NCBI RefSeq assembly: GCF_021246445.1
Contig: NZ_JAJQXW010000001.1
Coordinates: 868,001 to 932,000 of the forward strand
From: Rhabdothermincola salaria
Lineage (GTDB): Bacteria > Actinomycetota > Acidimicrobiia > Acidimicrobiales > Acidimicrobilacustridaceae
Length of the DNA: 64,000 nucleotides
Reading direction: 5' to 3'
Shown here: one piece after another, positions 59,505 through 64,000 of the stretch
Position numbering within the stretch: position 1 is the first letter of the stretch
Layout: every line of letters starts with the position of its first letter
Translations under genes and position numbers: made by a program
Notes under the pieces: model-generated
What the model saw: only the letters and a program-made list of their open reading frames with translations
Told to the model about the DNA's origin: nothing
Databases searched by the model: none

Positions 59505-61265
59505 GTGCCCGCACCGGACGACGACACCACCGAGAACGACGAACTGGCCGCCGTGCAGGACCAGATCGCCACGCTCGAGGAGGAGGTCGCCTCCCTGCGC
59601 CAACGCCTCCAGGACGCCCCCAAGCGCGTCCGCACCCTCGAGGAGCGCCTCCTCGAGACCAAGGGCCAGCTGGCCCAGGCCGTCTCGCAGAACGAGAAGC
59701 TGACCTACACGTTGCGAGAGGCACGTGAGCACATCGCCGCCCTGCGAGACGAGGTCGACAAGCTCACCCAGCCACCCGCGGCCTACGGCACCTTCCTCGG
59801 CCGCAACGACGACGGCACCGTCGACGTCTTCTCCGGCGGACGCAAGGTGCGCGTCGCGGTGCACCCCGACCTCGACCACGTCGACCTGGCCCGTGGCTCG
59901 GAGGTCGTGCTCAACGACTCCCTCAACGTCGTACTGGCCCGGGCTCACGAGCGCACCGGCGAGGTGGTGACCTTCAAGGAGCTGCTCGACGACGGTCGTC
60001 GGGCCATGATCCTCGGGCGCGCCGACGAGGAGCAGGTCGTCGAGATCTGCGAGGACCTCCTCGCCGGACCCCGGCTGCGAGCCGGCGATTCGGTGCTGCT
60101 CGACCCCCGCGCCGCCCTCCTGCTCGAGAAGCTGCCCCGCCCCGAGGTCGAGGAGCTCGTCCTCGAGGAGGTCCCCGACGTCTCCTACGCCGACGTGGGC
60201 GGCCTCGACGGCCAGATCGACCAGATCATGGATGCCGTCGAGCTGCCCTTCCTGCACCAGGACCTGTTCGCCGAGCACAAGCTCCCGGCCCCCAAGGGCA
60301 TCTTGTTGTACGGCCCGCCGGGATGCGGCAAGACGCTCATCGCCAAGGCCGTCGCCAACTCCCTCGCCAAGAAGGTGGCCGAGGTCTCCGGCGACCAGGA
60401 GGCCCGCAGCTACTTCCTCAACATCAAGGGCCCCGAGCTGCTCAACAAGTACGTGGGCGAGACGGAGCGCCAGATCCGCCTCGTGTTCGAGCGAGCTCGC
60501 GAGAAGAGCGAGGAGGGCTGGCCCGTCATCGTCTTCTTCGACGAGATGGACTCCCTGTTCCGCACCCGCGGCACCGGCATCAGCTCGGACATGGAGTCCA
60601 CGATCGTGCCGCAGCTCCTCGCCGAGATCGACGGCGTCGAAACCCTCAAGAACGTCATCGTGATCGGCGCCTCCAACCGCGAGGACCTCATCGATCCGGC
60701 CATCCTGCGCCCCGGACGCCTCGACGTGAAGATCAAGATCGAGCGTCCCGACGAGGGCGCGGCCGCCCAGATCTTCGCCCGGTACCTCACCGCCGACCTG
60801 CCCCTCGACGTCGACGAGGTCGACCAGCTCGGCGGGGGCGATCCCGAGAAGGCGGTACGGCTCATGATCGAGCAGACCGTCGCCGAGATGTACCGCCACG
60901 ACGAGGCCAACCAGTTCCTCGAGGTCACCTACCAGAACGGCGACAAGGAGGTCATGTACTTCAAGGACTTCTCCTCGGGCGCCATGATCGAGAACATCGT
61001 GCGCCGGGCCAAGAAGCTGGCGATCAAGCGCTTCCTCGCCGACGGCGTGCGCGGCATCCGGGTGGACGACCTCATCGAGTCGATCCACCAGGAGTACAAG
61101 GAGCACGAGGACCTGCCCAACACGACCAACCCCGACGACTGGGCCAAGATCTCGGGCAAGAAGGGGGAGCGCATCGTCTACGTCCGCACCCTGGTCAAGA
61201 AGGCCGACACCGACCCCCAGGGCGGTCGATCCATCGAGCGGGTCGCGACCGGCCAGTACCTCTGA
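59505..61265 (+). CDS. arc: Proteasome AAA ATPase ARC/Mpa
   Basis: N-terminal coiled coil, OB domains, [15 protein letters not shown]-terminal GQYL. Confidence 0.97.
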   Translation: MPAPDDDTTENDELAAVQDQIATLEEEVASLRQRLQDAPKRVRTLEERLLETKGQLAQAVSQNEKLTYTLREAREHIAALRDEVDKLTQPPAAYGTFLGRNDDGTVDVFSGGRKVRVAVHPDLDHVDLARGSEVVLNDSLNVVLARAHERTGEVVTFKELLDDGRRAMILGRADEEQVVEICEDLLAGPRLRAGDSVLLDPRAALLLEKLPRPEVEELVLEEVPDVSYADVGGLDGQIDQIMDAVELPFLHQDLFAEHKLPAPKGILLYGPPGCGKTLIAKAVANSLAKKVAEVSGDQEARSYFLNIKGPELLNKYVGETERQIRLVFERAREKSEEGWPVIVFFDEMDSLFRTRGTGISSDMESTIVPQLLAEIDGVETLKNVIVIGASNREDLIDPAILRPGRLDVKIKIERPDEGAAAQIFARYLTADLPLDVDEVDQLGGGDPEKAVRLMIEQTVAEMYRHDEANQFLEVTYQNGDKEVMYFKDFSSGAMIENIVRRAKKLAIKRFLADGVRGIRVDDLIESIHQEYKEHEDLPNTTNPDDWAKISGKKGERIVYVRTLVKKADTDPQGGRSIERVATGQYL

Positions 61266-61272
61266 GGCGACC

Positions 61273-62784
61273 ATGGCCATCGCCAAGATCTGCGGGATCG
61301 AGACCGAGTACGGCATCGTCATGCGCGGCACCGACGACCCCAACCCCATCGCCGCCTCCTCGATCCTCATCACGTCGTACCTCAACGACATCGCCGAGGC
61401 GCCGGGGACGCCCGGTCCCGCACCCAAGGTCGACTGGGACTTCGAGGACGAACAGCCCGGCACCGACGCGCGGGGCTGGTCGCCGCTGGAGGCCATGGCC
61501 CCGGAGGTCGAGACCAACCTGGTGAACGCCGTGCTCACCAACGGCGCCCGCTACTACGTCGACCACGCCCACCCGGAGTGCTCGACCCCGGAGTGCGCCG
61601 ACGCCCGCTCGGTCGTGGTCTTCGACCGGGCCGCCGAACGCATCCTGCAACGGTCGATGGCGGCGGCCAACCGGTCCCTGCCCCCGGGGCAGGAGATCGT
61701 CATCTACAAGAACAACTCCGACGGCAAGGGCAACTCCTACGGCTGCCACGAGAACTACCTGATGGACCGCGAGGTGCCCTTCGGTCGGATCGTGAGCCAG
61801 GTCACCCCTCACTTCGTCACCCGCCAGATCTTCTGCGGGGCGGGCAAGGTGGGCTGCGAGGCGGGCCTCGGACCCGACGAGGTGCCGTTCCAGATCAGTC
61901 AACGAGCCGACTTCTTCGAAGAGGAGGTCGGTCTCGAGACCACGCTCAAGCGCCCCATCGTCAACACCCGCGACGAGCCCCACGCCGACGCGTCGAAGTA
62001 CCGGCGCCTCCACGTCATCATCGGTGACGCCAACCTCTCCGAGGTGGCCACGTTCTTGAAGGTCGGCACCACCGCCCTCGTGCTGGCCATGATCGAGGAC
62101 GACGTCCTACCCCGGCAGTTCGTCTTCGCCACCCCCGTCCCGTCCCTGCGCGCGGTCAGCTACGACCTGGGCCTCTCCACGCCGCTGGCCCTCGCCGACG
62201 GCACCACCGTGACCGCCCTCGAGGTGCAGTGGGAGCTCTACGCCCGGGCCCGCAAGTACGCCGACGACGGCGGGCTCGAGGCCGTGGGGGCCGACGTGGG
62301 GGCCGAGGTCCTGCGGCGCTGGGAGGCCGTGCTCACCGGGCTCGAGTCCGACCCCATGGCCCTGGCCGGCCAGCTCGACTGGGTGGCCAAGTACCGCCTC
62401 GTCGACGCCTATCGCCAGCGCCACGAGCTGGCCTGGGGCGACGCCCGGCTGGCGGCCCTCGACCTGCAGTACCACGACCTGCGCCCGGACCGCTCGCTCG
62501 CCGCCCGCGTCGGGCTCGAGCGCCTGACCACCGATCAGGAGGTCGACGCGGCGATGACCGAGCCACCCACCGACACCCGGGCGTACTTCCGCGGGAAGTG
62601 CCTGCAGAAGTACGCCGACGACGTGGTCGCGGCCAACTGGGACTCCATGGTGTTCGACATCGGCAGCGAGCCGCTGCGTCGGGTCCCGATGATGGAACCC
62701 TCCCGCGGAACCGAGGCCCACGTGGGTAGCGTGATCCGAGACAGCGACACCTCCGCCGAGCTCCTCGAGCGGTTGGGTTCCTGA
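61273..62784 (+). CDS. dop: Depupylase/deamidase Dop
   Basis: GIETEYG, DWDFEDE, NGARYYVDHAHPE, YGCHENY, NTRDEPHAD. Confidence 0.96.
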   Translation: MAIAKICGIETEYGIVMRGTDDPNPIAASSILITSYLNDIAEAPGTPGPAPKVDWDFEDEQPGTDARGWSPLEAMAPEVETNLVNAVLTNGARYYVDHAHPECSTPECADARSVVVFDRAAERILQRSMAAANRSLPPGQEIVIYKNNSDGKGNSYGCHENYLMDREVPFGRIVSQVTPHFVTRQIFCGAGKVGCEAGLGPDEVPFQISQRADFFEEEVGLETTLKRPIVNTRDEPHADASKYRRLHVIIGDANLSEVATFLKVGTTALVLAMIEDDVLPRQFVFATPVPSLRAVSYDLGLSTPLALADGTTVTALEVQWELYARARKYADDGGLEAVGADVGAEVLRRWEAVLTGLESDPMALAGQLDWVAKYRLVDAYRQRHELAWGDARLAALDLQYHDLRPDRSLAARVGLERLTTDQEVDAAMTEPPTDTRAYFRGKCLQKYADDVVAANWDSMVFDIGSEPLRRVPMMEPSRGTEAHVGSVIRDSDTSAELLERLGS

Positions 62785-62812
62785 CCCCTCTCGAACGAAG
62801 GACGACAACGCG

Positions 62813-63007
62813 ATGGCCGAGCGAGAGCAGATCCGCAAGACCACCACCGAGAAGGCCGACGTCGAGGTCGACGAGGCCCCTGTCAGCACCGAGAAGGGCG
62901 AGAAGCTCAAGGCCGAGCTCGACGACCTGCTCGACGAGATCGACGAGGTCCTCGAGACCAACGCCGAGGACTTCGTGCGCAGCTTCGTCCAGAAGGGCGG
63001 GCAGTAG
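62813..63007 (+). CDS. pup: Prokaryotic ubiquitin-like protein Pup
   Basis: DDLLDEIDEVLE.NAEDFVRSFVQKGGQ. Confidence 0.98.
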   Translation: MAEREQIRKTTTEKADVEVDEAPVSTEKGEKLKAELDDLLDEIDEVLETNAEDFVRSFVQKGGQ

Positions 63008-63045
63008 CCCGCCGGACACCCGGCCCGGCACTAGCCTCGGCGCTC

Positions 63046-63891
63046 GTGACCATGCCGTTCTTCTCACCCCCCGACGACCCCGGACCCGACTTCGCCGGGC
63101 TGTTGCGCCGGTCAGGCCTGGCTCCGGAGGCGCCCACCTCCGACGTCGCCGCCCGGATGCCCATCACCCACGCCACCACCGTGGTCGCCATCCGCTACGC
63201 CGACGGGGTGGTGATGGCCGGTGACCGACGGGCCACGTCCGGCAACCTCATCTCGCACCGAGCCATCGAGAAGGTCTTCCCCGCCGACCGCCACAGCGGG
63301 GTGGCCATCGCCGGTGCCGCCGGACCGGCGATGGAGATGGTCAAGCTCTTCCAGCTGCAGCTCGAGCACTACGAGAAGGTCGAGGGCAGCGCCCTCAGCC
63401 TCGAGGGCAAGGCCAACCAGCTCGGCCAGATGGTGCGGGGCAACCTCGGTGCGGCCCTGCAGGGTCTGGCCGTGGTGCCGCTCTTCGCCGGCTACGACGT
63501 GCTGCGGGGGACCGGCCGGCTCTTCCAGTACGACGTCACCGGCGGTCGCTACGAGGAGTCCAACTTCGCGTCCACCGGTTCGGGCAGCCTCCACGCCGGC
63601 ACGGTGGTCAAGATCGGCTTCCGGGAGGGCCTCGAGCGGGCCCAGGCGCTCGACCTGGCCGTCACCGCGCTGTTCCAGGCCGCGGACGACGATTCGGCCA
63701 CCGGTGGCCCCGACCTGGTGCGCGGCATCTATCCCACCGTCGCCACCATCACCGCCGCCGGGTTCGAGAAGGTGACCGAGGCCGAGATCGCCGAGCGCTT
63801 CGGTGACCTGATCGAGGTCCTCGCCGCCCGCGAGCCCGCCATCCCGGGCCGTCTCCCCGAGACGGGCACCGACACAGGGGACGACGTCTGA
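63046..63891 (+). CDS. prcB: 20S proteasome beta subunit
   Basis: Propeptide then TTVVA..AGDRRAT, GSGS, DSATGG. Confidence 0.96.
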   Translation: MTMPFFSPPDDPGPDFAGLLRRSGLAPEAPTSDVAARMPITHATTVVAIRYADGVVMAGDRRATSGNLISHRAIEKVFPADRHSGVAIAGAAGPAMEMVKLFQLQLEHYEKVEGSALSLEGKANQLGQMVRGNLGAALQGLAVVPLFAGYDVLRGTGRLFQYDVTGGRYEESNFASTGSGSLHAGTVVKIGFREGLERAQALDLAVTALFQAADDDSATGGPDLVRGIYPTVATITAAGFEKVTEAEIAERFGDLIEVLAAREPAIPGRLPETGTDTGDDV

Positions 63892-64000
63892 TGAGCATGC
63901 CCTTCTACGTCGCCCCCGAGCAGGTCATGAAGGACCGGGCCGACTACGCCCGCAAGGGCATCGCCCGGGGCCGCTCGTTGGCGGCCGTCGTCTACGCCGA
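63891..64000 (+). CDS. prcA: 20S proteasome alpha subunit (5' part, runs off the window)
   Basis: [29 protein letters not shown]. Confidence 0.93.
   Translation, partial: MSMPFYVAPEQVMKDRADYARKGIARGRSLAAVVYA

Noticed and set aside
62813..63007. Pup ending in GGQ
   Set aside because: Standard form, deamidated by the adjacent Dop

Overview
High-GC actinobacterial chromosomal segment; the gene content (Pup-proteasome, FbiC, MarP, many leaderless genes) is consistent with Acidimicrobiia, which is an inference. It holds about 70 densely packed genes, mostly housekeeping: a glycosyltransferase cluster, an Opp/Dpp ABC transporter without a binding protein, pyk, mobA, rnd, typA, fbiC-LOG, tkt-tal-pgl, a split ADP-forming acyl-CoA ligase, dacB, a 10-gene Mrp Na+/H+ antiporter, ttuB-ttuA-trmI, marP, a ferredoxin and arc-dop-pup-prcB-prcA (cut off at the window end). 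I saw no rRNA, tRNA, CRISPR array, transposase or prophage. The most notable observations are: (1) a tightly coupled operon encoding a Cys-rich metalloprotein, an McrB-type GTPase with no DNA-binding domain, and an McrC-like protein with no visible nuclease motif, possibly a repurposed McrBC system; (2) twin hairpins with identical loops in the long opp leader; (3) a long structured leader before mrp with a yybP-ykoY-like signature; (4) a Thermus-like ttuB-ttuA-trmI operon, with a masked GG-FR ubiquitin-like tail, beside the Pup-proteasome locus; (5) a junction that removes the 5' ends of two divergent genes; (6) tkt-tal-pgl lacking zwf/opcA and followed by F420 FO synthase. All family calls come from motif recognition by eye; no database searches were run.
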